DNA of 64,000 nucleotides from Rhodothalassiaceae bacterium. Lineage in GTDB: Bacteria > Pseudomonadota > Alphaproteobacteria > Sphingomonadales > Rhodothalassiaceae. The notes under the pieces were generated by a model. It was given only the letters and a program-made list of their open reading frames with translations, ran no database searches and was not told where the DNA came from. The stretch is from contig JBHJGS010000008.1 of assembly GCA_050331575.1 (NCBI GenBank), positions 6,754 through 70,753 on the forward strand. Reading direction: 5' to 3'. Made by a program: the position numbers and the translations under genes. Positions 46,804-56,251 of this stretch are shown here, one piece after another; positions within the stretch are counted from its first letter, which is position 1, and the number at the start of each line of letters is the position of its first letter.

Positions 46804-46876
46804 AAGATGCGAGCGATAACTGCTTGCAATTCGATGTCAATGAAAATGCGCCGGTGCGGGGGTGCGACGACCAGCG

Positions 46877-47860
46877 TCAATCCTCGTAGCTCAGCCGCGT
46901 ATCCTGATAGGCGGTGGCCATCATAGTCACGGTGGTGCGGCCGAAGCCGGCACCGCCCAACAGTCGCAGAATTGCGGACGCGCCCTGTTCGTCCAAATCG
47001 CGCCGGACTTGGCTGCTGCTGGTATCGGACAGGACGGCAATGCCGGCGATGAAGCTGCGCAGATTGCCGTTCCGGATCAGGTGGAGCATGATGTCCGAAT
47101 TCAGCTCGCCCTGCGCCTTGAGCTGGCGCATATAGGTTTCCAAGGTGGCCATCGGCGCCGTTTCCAATGTCGCTCCGAGGACCCTCCGCCGAGCCGAACC
47201 GCTGATATAGGATGCGAAGTCCGGCGCCAGATTATAGCGCTTCACCAGCAAGTTAGCGGCAGTCTCTGCCAGCCGCTCCAAAAGCATTTCCGCCGCCTCC
47301 AGCGGCAGATCACCGCGCCGGCTCATCGCCTCCATCAAGGTCTCCGACTCCGGGAAGCGCTCAACCACCAGAAAATAGGCCCGGCGCGAAACTTCCGCCC
47401 CTTCATTGGCCATCAGACGAGAGACCGCAGGCTCCTTCGCCACCTCACAGAGGGCATAGCTCACCGGCTCGCTGACCGATTCCCGGTCGGCGATGGCCAA
47501 ATGCATCGCATCACCGCCGAGGCGCACAAGTTTGATCAGGCGCTCTTCGTCCAGTAACTGGCTCTTGGCAACGAAAACGGCCGATACGGCATCAATGTCG
47601 GCAATGATTCTGTCGATTAGATCCGCCGGCAGGAAATCACAGAATCGAATTTCCTCGCACAGGGCTTTGCGCACAGCATCAGAGGCATCCGACGCCAAGA
47701 CGCGCGAAATTTCGAACGCCGCTCGGCGGTCGGCCTCGCTATCACTCGTCTTCAAATACTGACCAACGCGATGGGCCAGTTCCAGGCGCTCATCCGCTGT
47801 TTGGCGTTTCAGTGCCTCTAGTTCTTCCATCGTCACGGGCGGCTTTTCAGGGTCATTCAT
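46877..47860 (-). CDS. DUF2336 domain protein
   Basis: 327 aa, helical repeat protein (RKALCEEIRFCDFLPADLIDRIIADIDAVSAVFV...), as in alphaproteobacterial DUF2336. Confidence 0.75.
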   Translation of the reverse strand: MNDPEKPPVTMEELEALKRQTADERLELAHRVGQYLKTSDSEADRRAAFEISRVLASDASDAVRKALCEEIRFCDFLPADLIDRIIADIDAVSAVFVAKSQLLDEERLIKLVRLGGDAMHLAIADRESVSEPVSYALCEVAKEPAVSRLMANEGAEVSRRAYFLVVERFPESETLMEAMSRRGDLPLEAAEMLLERLAETAANLLVKRYNLAPDFASYISGSARRRVLGATLETAPMATLETYMRQLKAQGELNSDIMLHLIRNGNLRSFIAGIAVLSDTSSSQVRRDLDEQGASAILRLLGGAGFGRTTVTMMATAYQDTRLSYED

Positions 47861-48390
47861 GTGTTGGCCCTGTCGTCTATGACGTTTGCGCCGCGGTGTC
47901 TATCGGCATTTGCAACATAATGTAACGCCGAGGCTCTAATTAATTGCTTTTCCTCCGGCTTTAGTTCTCTGACCACTTTCGCCGGCGCTCCAAGGGCCAA
48001 AACCCCCGGCGGAATGCGCTTACCCTCCGGAACCAGGCTGTTCGCGCCCAAGATGCTGCCTGTGCCGATGACCGCATGGTTCATCAGCGTGGAGCCCATC
48101 CCGATCAGGGCCTGATCCTCGATGGTGCATCCGTGCAGGGTGACACTGTGGCCGATCGTGACATCGGCGCCCACAACCAAGGGAGCCCCCATATCCGTAT
48201 GCACCACGGAATTGTCTTGGACATTGCTGCGTTCGCCGATTTCGATCCATTCATTGTCGCCGCGCAGGGTCGCGTTATACCAGACTGACGCCTGCGCCCG
48301 CAGGCGGACGCGGCCGATCAGAACAGCTCCGGGCGCCACAAAGGCGCTGGCCTCCAAAACCGGACGCTGCCCCTCAAATTCCACATGCAT
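47857..48390 (-). CDS. gamma-class carbonic anhydrase-like hexapeptide-repeat protein
   Basis: SVWYNATLRGDNEWIEIGERSNVQDNSVVHTD...IGHSVTLHGCTI left-handed beta-helix motifs. ATGA overlap with the DUF2336 gene. Confidence 0.85.
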   Translation of the reverse strand: MHVEFEGQRPVLEASAFVAPGAVLIGRVRLRAQASVWYNATLRGDNEWIEIGERSNVQDNSVVHTDMGAPLVVGADVTIGHSVTLHGCTIEDQALIGMGSTLMNHAVIGTGSILGANSLVPEGKRIPPGVLALGAPAKVVRELKPEEKQLIRASALHYVANADRHRGANVIDDRANT

Positions 48391-48525
48391 TGTTCGTCTC
48401 ACCCTGCCTGGCCCCTGCTCTTATCTGGCATGGATTAAACAATCTCCTAGCGTTACCCGGATCGCAAGGCCGCACCGGCAACAATCCGTTTGGTCCCACC
48501 CCAAGGCTTGATTAAGGTCGCGGCC

Positions 48526-50298
48526 ATGTTGTTCTTGAACCAGGCGGTGATTGTTCTGGGCGCGGTGTTCATCGCCGTGCCGTTATCGAAGCGTTTGGGC
48601 CTGGACGCGACCCTGGGATATCTGGCCGCAGGCGTGGTGCTAGGCCCCTGGGTGCTCGGAAGCTTTCAGGATCCTGACCAGATTTTCCGCATCGCTGAAC
48701 TCGGCATTGCCTTGCTGCTGTTCGTGGTCGGGCTGGAGCTGCAACCGGCGCGTCTGTGGACGCTGCGGCATTTGGTCTTCGGGCTTGGCGGCGCGCAGGT
48801 GGCCGCGACCGGTTTGGTGCTGGGCGCCGCTTTGCTTGCCCTGGATCTGCCACTGCTTCTGGCCGCGGTCTTGGGGGTGATGCTGTCAGCCTCGTCGACC
48901 CCCATGGTGCTGCAGATGCTGGCTGCGCGCCGGGAACTGACACAAGCCCATGGCCGAGCCGCCTTCTCGGTGATGTTGTTTCAGGATCTGCTGGCGATCC
49001 CGCTGTTCGCCCTGATCCCGCTTCTGGCAGCCCAGACCTTGCCCGACGGCACCTGGCAAAGTCTCAGCGTTCGGGTTGCTCTGCCGTTGCTGGTGTTGGC
49101 GGCGTTTCTTCTGCTTGGGCGGTTCGTGCTGCAGCAGGTCCTTACCATCGTGGCGCAAGCCCGCCAGCAAGAAGCCTTCACCGCCACGGCGCTGTTCACC
49201 GTTGCGGTGAGCGCCTGGGTGATGGATCAGGTCGGCCTATCCCCGGCCCTGGGGGCGTTCCTGGCCGGCGTGCTGCTGGCGGACAGCGCCTACCGGCACG
49301 AGCTTCAAGCCAATATCGAACCATTCAAGGGCCTGCTCATCTCGCTCTTGTTCGTCGCCGTGGGCATGTCGCTCAATCTCGGCCTGATCGCCAGTCAGCC
49401 GCTCGTGATACTGGGCTTGGTGGCAGGTCTGGTGGCGGTGAAGGCGGCAATCCTGTTCGGCCTTGCGCGGGCTTGGCGGCTGCCCTGGCGCGGGGCGCTG
49501 ATCTTGGGCCTGGTATTGTCGCAAGGCGGGGAGTTTGCCTTTGCACTGTTGATCCTGGCTTATCAGTCCGGGTTGATGGCGGAAAGCCTGGTCGACAAGG
49601 CGACCCTGGTGGTCGGGCTGTCGATGGCGACCACGCCGCTGCTGATGCGGCTGGCCGACACAGCGCTGCGGCGGACGCGATCCGACACGCCGGCCTATGA
49701 TGCTCCGCCGGAGGCCCCAGGGGCGATCCTGATTGCTGGCTTCGGCCGCGTTGGCCAGATCGTCGCGCGCATCCTGCACGCGCGCGGTGAAACCTTCACT
49801 GCCTTGGAACCCAATTTGGACCAGGTGGCGCTGGCTCGGCGGTTCGGTAGCAAGGTTTATTTCGGCGATCCCGCCCGCTTGGACCTGTTGCGCACCGCGG
49901 GGATCGAGACCGCGCGGCTGTTCGTTTTGACGCTGGAGGATGTCGAGCATTCGCTCAAGGTCGCGGAGATTGTCCGCAGCCATTTCCCGCATGTGCCGAT
50001 CTATTGCCGGGCGCGCAATCGGCAGCATGTGCATCGGCTGATGGACCTGGGCATTACCGAGATCGAGCGCGAAACCTTTCATTCCAGCCTGGCCATGGCC
50101 CGCAAGGTTCTGCGTGGCATCGGCCATACCAAACCGGAGGCGGAGGATATCGTCGAACGATTCCGCCGCCATGATGAGACCCAGCTATATCTAAGCCACG
50201 CCTCCTATAAGGACGAGGCAGCACTGATCAAACGGGTTAAGCGGCAAGAAGAGCTGCTGGCGGGCGTTTTGGCCGATGACCAGCGACTGGAAAACTGA
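48526..50298 (+). CDS. CPA2 monovalent cation:proton antiporter with TrkA-N domain (KefB/KefC-like)
   Basis: N-terminal Na/H-exchanger membrane domain followed by ILIAGFGRVGQIVARIL Rossmann/RCK. ATG at 48526 preferred. Confidence 0.85.
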   Translation: MLFLNQAVIVLGAVFIAVPLSKRLGLDATLGYLAAGVVLGPWVLGSFQDPDQIFRIAELGIALLLFVVGLELQPARLWTLRHLVFGLGGAQVAATGLVLGAALLALDLPLLLAAVLGVMLSASSTPMVLQMLAARRELTQAHGRAAFSVMLFQDLLAIPLFALIPLLAAQTLPDGTWQSLSVRVALPLLVLAAFLLLGRFVLQQVLTIVAQARQQEAFTATALFTVAVSAWVMDQVGLSPALGAFLAGVLLADSAYRHELQANIEPFKGLLISLLFVAVGMSLNLGLIASQPLVILGLVAGLVAVKAAILFGLARAWRLPWRGALILGLVLSQGGEFAFALLILAYQSGLMAESLVDKATLVVGLSMATTPLLMRLADTALRRTRSDTPAYDAPPEAPGAILIAGFGRVGQIVARILHARGETFTALEPNLDQVALARRFGSKVYFGDPARLDLLRTAGIETARLFVLTLEDVEHSLKVAEIVRSHFPHVPIYCRARNRQHVHRLMDLGITEIERETFHSSLAMARKVLRGIGHTKPEAEDIVERFRRHDETQLYLSHASYKDEAALIKRVKRQEELLAGVLADDQRLEN

Positions 50299-52006
50299 TC
50301 TGTTTGCCCGCCACGCGGCCTTGCAGTGGCACGACGGCATCCCGCGCGACGCGGTCACCGGTGACATCTACTACAAGCCAGACGACGCGCCCGGCGAAAT
50401 CGCAACGGTGTTTCTGCGTGGCATCGGCGCGCCGGACCTGTGGCGCGGCCGCGCCACCACTACCATCGGCGAGACCGGCTTCGGCATGGGGCTGAATTTC
50501 CTGTTTCTGTGGCAGCTGTTCCGCCGCACCGGCACCGGACGTCTGCATTTTGTCTCGGTGGAAGGATATCCGCCGTCGCCGGCCGATCTGGCGCGCGCCC
50601 ATGCCGCATTTCCCGAGCTGGCCGACCTGTCCCAGGCCTTGCGCGCGGCCTGGCCGCCGCCGGTGATCGGCTTTCACCGCCGCCGCTTCGGTCCGGTATG
50701 CCTAACGCTGATGATCGGCCCGGTTGAGACCATGCTGGCGCAGCTGGAGGCGCAGGTGGACGCCTGGTTCCTGGACGGATTCGCCCCGGCCCGCAACCCC
50801 GCCATGTGGTCGCCGGCGGTGTTCGATCAAATCGATCGCCTGTCAGCCCCGGGCGCTCCCGCCGCCAGTTTCACGGTCGCAGCGGCGGTGCGGCAGGCCT
50901 TGCGCGCGCGCGGCTGGCAGGTCGAAAAGGCGCCCGGCCACGGTCGCAAACGCGACCGGCTGGTCGCGATGAAACCCGGGCGGACCGTCCCCTGCCGCGC
51001 GTTGCCGCGCATCGCGATTATCGGCGCGGGCGTGGCCGCCCAGAGCGTTGCAGCCGCCGCACAGGCAGAAGGGCTGACACCCCTGCTGATCGGGGCGGGC
51101 CAGTCGGCCTCCGCTGTGCCCGCGGGCGTCCGGGCACCGCGCCTGACCCTGGGCACCGGGCCGGCCGAGCGGCTCGACCTGATTGCCCATTGCGACGCGG
51201 TTGCCCGCCTGCAGGGCTGTCCGCTTCTGCTGTTGGAGCCGGACCCGGCGCGCCTCGCCAAGCTCACCGCGCTGCATGCGCCGCTGGCTGAGCGGTTCCA
51301 GCCGGTCGATGCCGCCGCAGCGCAGGCGCTCGCCGGCGTTTGCGTGCGCGCGGGCGGGTTCTTGTGCGCCGGCGCCGGCCTGCCGCCTTGGCAGCCGCCA
51401 GACGCTGTCGCCGATCATGCCGTCTCAGTGACACGGATGGCCGATGGCTGGCGAATTCGCGGGCACAACAGCCACTATGACGCTGATCGCGTCATCTTGG
51501 CCGGCGGGCCGGAAGGCCTGGCTCTGGCGCCGGACCTGCCAGTGCAGTCGCGTCCCGGCCGGATTGCGTTTTATGACGGCGCGGCCGGCCCGCGCCTGCC
51601 TTTGGCCTATGGCGGCTATGCGGTGGCAGCCCCGCAGGGCCTCTGGCTGGGCAGCACCTTTGAGCGGACACCCGCTGACGATCCAGCCGGGATGCTGACA
51701 TCGAAATTGGCAGCGGTGGCGCCTGCGCTGGCAAAATGCCTTGCTGATCGGACGCCGGTGCGGTGGTGGTCCGGCTGCCGCGCGGTGACGCCGGACCGTC
51801 GGCCGCTGGCCGGGCCGCTGGCCAACGGCCTGATCTGCCTCACCGGCCTGGGGGCACGCGGGCATCAAACCGCACCGCTGTTGGCTGAGGCGGTGATTGC
51901 GCGATTGACTGACTGTCCATGGCCGCTGGAGCGGGATATGATAGCCATGCTTGATCCCATGCGCTTTGCCCAGGGGCCAAGGCTGCACGCGGGGGCCGGA
52001 TCATGA
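50276..52006 (+). CDS. mnmC: bifunctional tRNA mnm5s2U34 methyltransferase / FAD-dependent cmnm5s2U34 oxidoreductase
   Basis: LQWHDGIPRDAVTGDIYY..., VDAWFLDGFAPARNPAMWSP (methyltransferase half), then IAIIGAGVAAQSVA (FAD half). Overlaps the kefB-like stop by 23 nt. Confidence 0.85.
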   Translation: MTSDWKTDLFARHAALQWHDGIPRDAVTGDIYYKPDDAPGEIATVFLRGIGAPDLWRGRATTTIGETGFGMGLNFLFLWQLFRRTGTGRLHFVSVEGYPPSPADLARAHAAFPELADLSQALRAAWPPPVIGFHRRRFGPVCLTLMIGPVETMLAQLEAQVDAWFLDGFAPARNPAMWSPAVFDQIDRLSAPGAPAASFTVAAAVRQALRARGWQVEKAPGHGRKRDRLVAMKPGRTVPCRALPRIAIIGAGVAAQSVAAAAQAEGLTPLLIGAGQSASAVPAGVRAPRLTLGTGPAERLDLIAHCDAVARLQGCPLLLLEPDPARLAKLTALHAPLAERFQPVDAAAAQALAGVCVRAGGFLCAGAGLPPWQPPDAVADHAVSVTRMADGWRIRGHNSHYDADRVILAGGPEGLALAPDLPVQSRPGRIAFYDGAAGPRLPLAYGGYAVAAPQGLWLGSTFERTPADDPAGMLTSKLAAVAPALAKCLADRTPVRWWSGCRAVTPDRRPLAGPLANGLICLTGLGARGHQTAPLLAEAVIARLTDCPWPLERDMIAMLDPMRFAQGPRLHAGAGS

Positions 52007-54420
52007 GACAGAAAGAATTGCGCCTGGCACTGGTGTGCTACGGTGGTATCTCCTTGGCCGTTTATATGTACGGCGTCACGCGCGAGATCCAAAAGCTTGT
52101 TCGCGCGTCCAAGCTCTACTTCTCCCGCGCGGACCCGAAAGATCGGCAGACCGGCGATTATGACGCCTTGAACCAGGACCTGGACCGGGAGACCGATAGC
52201 GAGCGGGGCTATTTCGAACTGTTGAAGGCGCTCGGCCGATCCATGGAATTGAAGGTGTTCGTTGACATCGTCTCCGGCGCCTCGGCCGGCGGCATCAATG
52301 GCATCTTTCTGGCCCGCGCCATCGCCCATGATCTGCCGCTGGATCCCTTGCGCGTGCTCTGGCTGGATCAGGCCGATGTCGAACAGCTGATCGATCCGGA
52401 CAATCGCCAGAACCGCCTGATCAAGACGGTGAAACGGCCCGCGATCTGGCTGATCCGACGCCGCAACTACGCCGATATCGAGACCTTACAGGCGCGCATT
52501 GACGATCCAGAGGTCGGGCAGAAGCTGGCCTTGTTTGTCGGCTCGCGTTGGTTCCGCCCGCCCTTTTCCGGCCGCTGGCTGACGAATATGCTGCTGACCG
52601 GCGCAGAGGCGATGGGCTCCAGTGAGACCTCGCAGGAGACGTGTATCCCCGGCAGTCGGCCGCTGGACCTGTTCGTCACGGTCACCGATTTTTTGGGGCA
52701 TCGGCAGTATCTGGCCCTGCACGACCCGCCGATGATTGAGGAGGTGGAACACCGCCTGATCCTGTCTTTTCAGCATCGGCTGTCACCGCTTTATAGCCGA
52801 CGGGATTTCGCCGACGATAATCTTCCCGCCATCGCGTTCGCCGCGCGCGCCACCTCCAGCTTTCCCGGTGCTTTTCCTCCGGCCCGTCTGGTCGAACTGG
52901 ACCGCATCCTGGAGCAACGCGGCGTCGCCTGGCCGAAGCGCGAGGAGTTCATCCACCGCTGCTTTGAGCCGCATATCCGCAGCGGTCTGGATCCGGGTCT
53001 GATCAGTCTGGTCGACGGCAGCGTGCTGAACAACAAGCCGTTTGGGCCGGCGATCGAGGTGCTGCGGTCGCGCGTCGCCCATCGCCAGGTGGACCGGCGG
53101 ATCGTCTATATCGACCCCAACCCGCCGACGCCGCGCGACACGCGATCCACCACCCTGCCCGGCTTCTTCCGCACCTTGGCCGGCGCGGTCAGCGAGATCC
53201 CGCGTAACCAGCCGATCCGCGACGATTTGGAGGCGCTGACCAACCTGTCGCGGGAGACAGCCCATATCCGCGGTGTGATCGACCATGCCCGTCCGGGCAT
53301 CAACCAGACGATCGAACGGCTGCTTGGCCCGGCGCTGCGCAAATCGGCCCTGACGCCCAAGGCAATCGCGCATTGGCGCACCCGGGCCAGCGCCTTGGCG
53401 GAGAAGAATGCCGGCTATGCCTTTGAGGGCTATCTCAGCATGCGGCTGCTGATGCTGGTGGAGGAATTGGTGCGCGCGGTCGCCCGCTTTAGCCGCCAGG
53501 ATCTGTCCGAGGTTGACGCGGATGTGCGCGCCTGGGCTGAGGCCGGCAAGATGTTTCCGTTCGATATCGCGGACAAGGCGCGGCCCTGGACCCGTGCCCT
53601 GGATTGCTTCGACATGGACTTTCGCATCCGCCGCATCCGCTTCGTGATCCGGCGCATCAATGATCTGTATTATCGAACCGGCGCAAATTCCGACGCCTTG
53701 GACAGCTTGAAGGGCGTGCTCTACAATCAGCACAGCACCCTGCGTGGGATTATGAACGGGCCGCTGCTCTTCAGCCTGCGCCGCGAGGTGCCGGTGCCGG
53801 AGCGGCTGGAACAGCTGGCGCAGACCTATGCCCTGGCCGAGGTCGATGCTGAGATCGACCAGGCGGTCGCCGGGCATCTGGACTGGCTCGACCAGAAGGA
53901 AATGGGCCGGGAAATCCTCATGGCTTATTTGGGCTTCGATTTCTACGATGCTCTGGTCTACCCGATCTCCCGGCGCCCGGACCTGGACGAACTCGATGAA
54001 GTCTGCGTTGACCGGATCAGCCCGGAGGACGCGCGCTCCTTGTCTGAGGAAGGGAAGAGCGTCCTGCGCGGGCTGGAATTCGGCCGCTTCGGTGCCTTCT
54101 TCTCGTCCAGCTTCCGCGAGAATGATTATTTGTGGGGCCGATTGCATGGTGCGGAACGCTTGATCGACATCGTCGCGTCTTCGGCCGCAGCCAGCGGGGT
54201 GGAGATCAACAGGCGCATGTTCAAGCAGATCGTCTTTCTGCAGATCCTGGAGCGCGAGGCGCCCCGGCTGTTGAAGATCAGCGATCTGACCAAGGATCTG
54301 CGCCGGCGCGTTGACGGCATCGCCCCGCCCCCCGATCCCGAGCCGCCGCGGCTGACCGTTGAAACCGAAACCCTGCCGGCGAAGGATGATGCCGAACTGA
54401 CGCCGCAAAGCAGTGCATGA
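52003..54420 (+). CDS. large patatin-like phospholipase with a long C-terminal extension (patatin-related / DUF3376-type)
   Basis: LVCYGGISLAVYMYGV (oxyanion region), SGASAGGING (GxSxG) and VDGSVLNNKPF (catalytic Asp-Gly). 805 aa. ATGA overlaps at both ends. Confidence 0.85.
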   Translation: MRQKELRLALVCYGGISLAVYMYGVTREIQKLVRASKLYFSRADPKDRQTGDYDALNQDLDRETDSERGYFELLKALGRSMELKVFVDIVSGASAGGINGIFLARAIAHDLPLDPLRVLWLDQADVEQLIDPDNRQNRLIKTVKRPAIWLIRRRNYADIETLQARIDDPEVGQKLALFVGSRWFRPPFSGRWLTNMLLTGAEAMGSSETSQETCIPGSRPLDLFVTVTDFLGHRQYLALHDPPMIEEVEHRLILSFQHRLSPLYSRRDFADDNLPAIAFAARATSSFPGAFPPARLVELDRILEQRGVAWPKREEFIHRCFEPHIRSGLDPGLISLVDGSVLNNKPFGPAIEVLRSRVAHRQVDRRIVYIDPNPPTPRDTRSTTLPGFFRTLAGAVSEIPRNQPIRDDLEALTNLSRETAHIRGVIDHARPGINQTIERLLGPALRKSALTPKAIAHWRTRASALAEKNAGYAFEGYLSMRLLMLVEELVRAVARFSRQDLSEVDADVRAWAEAGKMFPFDIADKARPWTRALDCFDMDFRIRRIRFVIRRINDLYYRTGANSDALDSLKGVLYNQHSTLRGIMNGPLLFSLRREVPVPERLEQLAQTYALAEVDAEIDQAVAGHLDWLDQKEMGREILMAYLGFDFYDALVYPISRRPDLDELDEVCVDRISPEDARSLSEEGKSVLRGLEFGRFGAFFSSSFRENDYLWGRLHGAERLIDIVASSAAASGVEINRRMFKQIVFLQILEREAPRLLKISDLTKDLRRRVDGIAPPPDPEPPRLTVETETLPAKDDAELTPQSSA

Positions 54421-55250
54421 TCGGCCTGATGGACTCAGGATCCGGCGGACTGACCGTGCTGGCGGCCTGTGCCGCGGCTCTGCCGGACCGGCATTTTCTG
54501 TATTTCGGCGATCATGCCCGGGCGCCTTACGGCATTCGCGGACCCGATGAGATCTACCGGTTTACCATCGAGGGCGTGGAGCGCCTGTTCGCTTCCGGTT
54601 GCCGGCTGGTCTTGATCGCCTGCAACACCGCCGCAGCGGTGGGTCTGCGCCGCCTGCAGCAAGAGTGGTTGGCCACGCATTATCCAGACCGGCGGGTGCT
54701 GGGGGTGCATGTGCCATTGATTGAAGCCTTGACCGGAACGCAATGGGCCTATCCCAGCCCGCCACGGCCGCAACCGCCGCGCACGATCGCCGTGTTCGCC
54801 ACGCCCACCACCGTGGCGAGCGGCGGTTTTGAGCGTGAGGTCAGCCAGCGCTGCCCCCATATCACCGTCATCGGCCAGGCCTGCGCCGGGCTCGCCGACG
54901 CCATTGAGGCCGGCGCCGATGATGCCGCGGTCGCCAACATAATCGAGGGGCTTTGGGCCGAGCTCTGCGCACGCCCGGGAGCCGCGGCCATCGACAGCGC
55001 GGTGCTGGCGTGCACGCATTATCCTTTGGTGGCGGATGTGTTCCGCGCGGTGCTGCCGGCGCGGGTTCAGGTGCTGACCCAGCCAGCCATCGTCGCCGGG
55101 ACGCTGATCGGGTATCTTGCGCGCAATCCGCATCTGTCGCAGCGGCGCTCGGCCGGCCGCATCGAGCTGACCACCAGCGGCGACCCGGCCCTGATCGCCC
55201 GCACCGCCTGGCTGCCAGAGGCGTATCGCCACTTCACCGCGGTTTCATAA
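54417..55250 (+). CDS. murI: glutamate racemase
   Basis: IGLMDSGSGGLTVL, LIACNTAAAV and ACTHYPL catalytic cysteine contexts. Confidence 0.9.
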   Translation: MIGLMDSGSGGLTVLAACAAALPDRHFLYFGDHARAPYGIRGPDEIYRFTIEGVERLFASGCRLVLIACNTAAAVGLRRLQQEWLATHYPDRRVLGVHVPLIEALTGTQWAYPSPPRPQPPRTIAVFATPTTVASGGFEREVSQRCPHITVIGQACAGLADAIEAGADDAAVANIIEGLWAELCARPGAAAIDSAVLACTHYPLVADVFRAVLPARVQVLTQPAIVAGTLIGYLARNPHLSQRRSAGRIELTTSGDPALIARTAWLPEAYRHFTAVS

Positions 55251-55355
55251 CCCCGCCTGACCGCCGCGCTGCGGGATCGGCTGGACGAGTCTTCGCCACT
55301 CTGGCAAAGTTCGGCAAAACATCAAGTGTTGAGCACCATAAGGGAGCGGAAAAGC

Positions 55356-56144
55356 ATGCTGCGCATCATTCTCATTCTGTTTGTCCTGCTCTTGGCCTTT
55401 GTCGGCCTGGGCGGCCTATATTTCTATATTCGCGGGGCTGACATCATGGCCGAGGCGATTGAGACCTATGGCGCTGAGGCCAGCGGAGCCCCCGCAGACG
55501 TCGCCGGTGTCGGTCTGAACCCCATCGCTGGCACCGCGCGCATTGACCGGTTCGAACTGGGCAATCCTGAGGGCTTTACCGGCGAGACCAGCATTGCCGC
55601 CCAACGCATCGCTATGGAACTGAGTCCGTTCAGCCTTTTCGGAGACACGATCGAGATTGGCGAGATCTTGATCGACCGGCCGGAAATCTATCTGGAACCA
55701 ACCGCTCAGGGCCGCACCAATTTACAGGTCATCCAAAGCAATATTGAGGCGTTCAGCGGGCCGGCGGACCCCAATGCCGAACCCGCCAATCTGATCATCG
55801 GTCGGCTGCAGATAAACCAGCCGGTGCTGGGCTTCGTGGGTCAAGGCGTGGGCTTGGCCGATCAAGAGATTGAACTGGCCGATATCGTCTTGACCGATAT
55901 TGGCGTGGAGCAAGGGGGCGTTCCGCCCGCGGAACTGGTTCGCCTGCTGGGCGATGCCATCCTGCCGCAGGTGCAAAAGGCCATTGCCAGCCAGAAGGGC
56001 CGGGAGATCCTGGACAGTGTGTTGCAGGGCCAGGTGGATCTGGATCGGCCACTGGCGGACCAGGCCCGCGACAAGGCCGAGGGTGCGCTGCGCGGCCTGC
56101 TTAACCGGGGCGAGGAAAAAGACAAACAAGACCCGTCAAACTGA
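55356..56144 (+). CDS. N-terminally anchored hypothetical protein (AsmA/DUF748-like by composition only)
   Basis: AAGGGAG lies before the ATG at 55356. TM anchor MLRIILILFVLLLAFVGLGGLYFYI. The family assignment is not secure. Confidence 0.6.
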   Translation: MLRIILILFVLLLAFVGLGGLYFYIRGADIMAEAIETYGAEASGAPADVAGVGLNPIAGTARIDRFELGNPEGFTGETSIAAQRIAMELSPFSLFGDTIEIGEILIDRPEIYLEPTAQGRTNLQVIQSNIEAFSGPADPNAEPANLIIGRLQINQPVLGFVGQGVGLADQEIELADIVLTDIGVEQGGVPPAELVRLLGDAILPQVQKAIASQKGREILDSVLQGQVDLDRPLADQARDKAEGALRGLLNRGEEKDKQDPSN

Positions 56145-56251
56145 CCGGGGCGAACTGAGCGGGGCCGATCGCCGCGGCCAGCCGAACTCCGGGCCGGACG
56201 GAACGTATTGTGGAGAGACCCGCCCCTGCTTGTTTCTAACGAGGCCGTCTT

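Noticed and set aside
46804-46876. An iron-responsive operator (Fur box, RirA IRO box or Irr ICE box) upstream of the fbpB-like permease gene.
   Set aside because: There are only loose AT-rich resemblance and a TTGACA hexamer. No match is good enough to call by eye, and weight-matrix scoring is needed.
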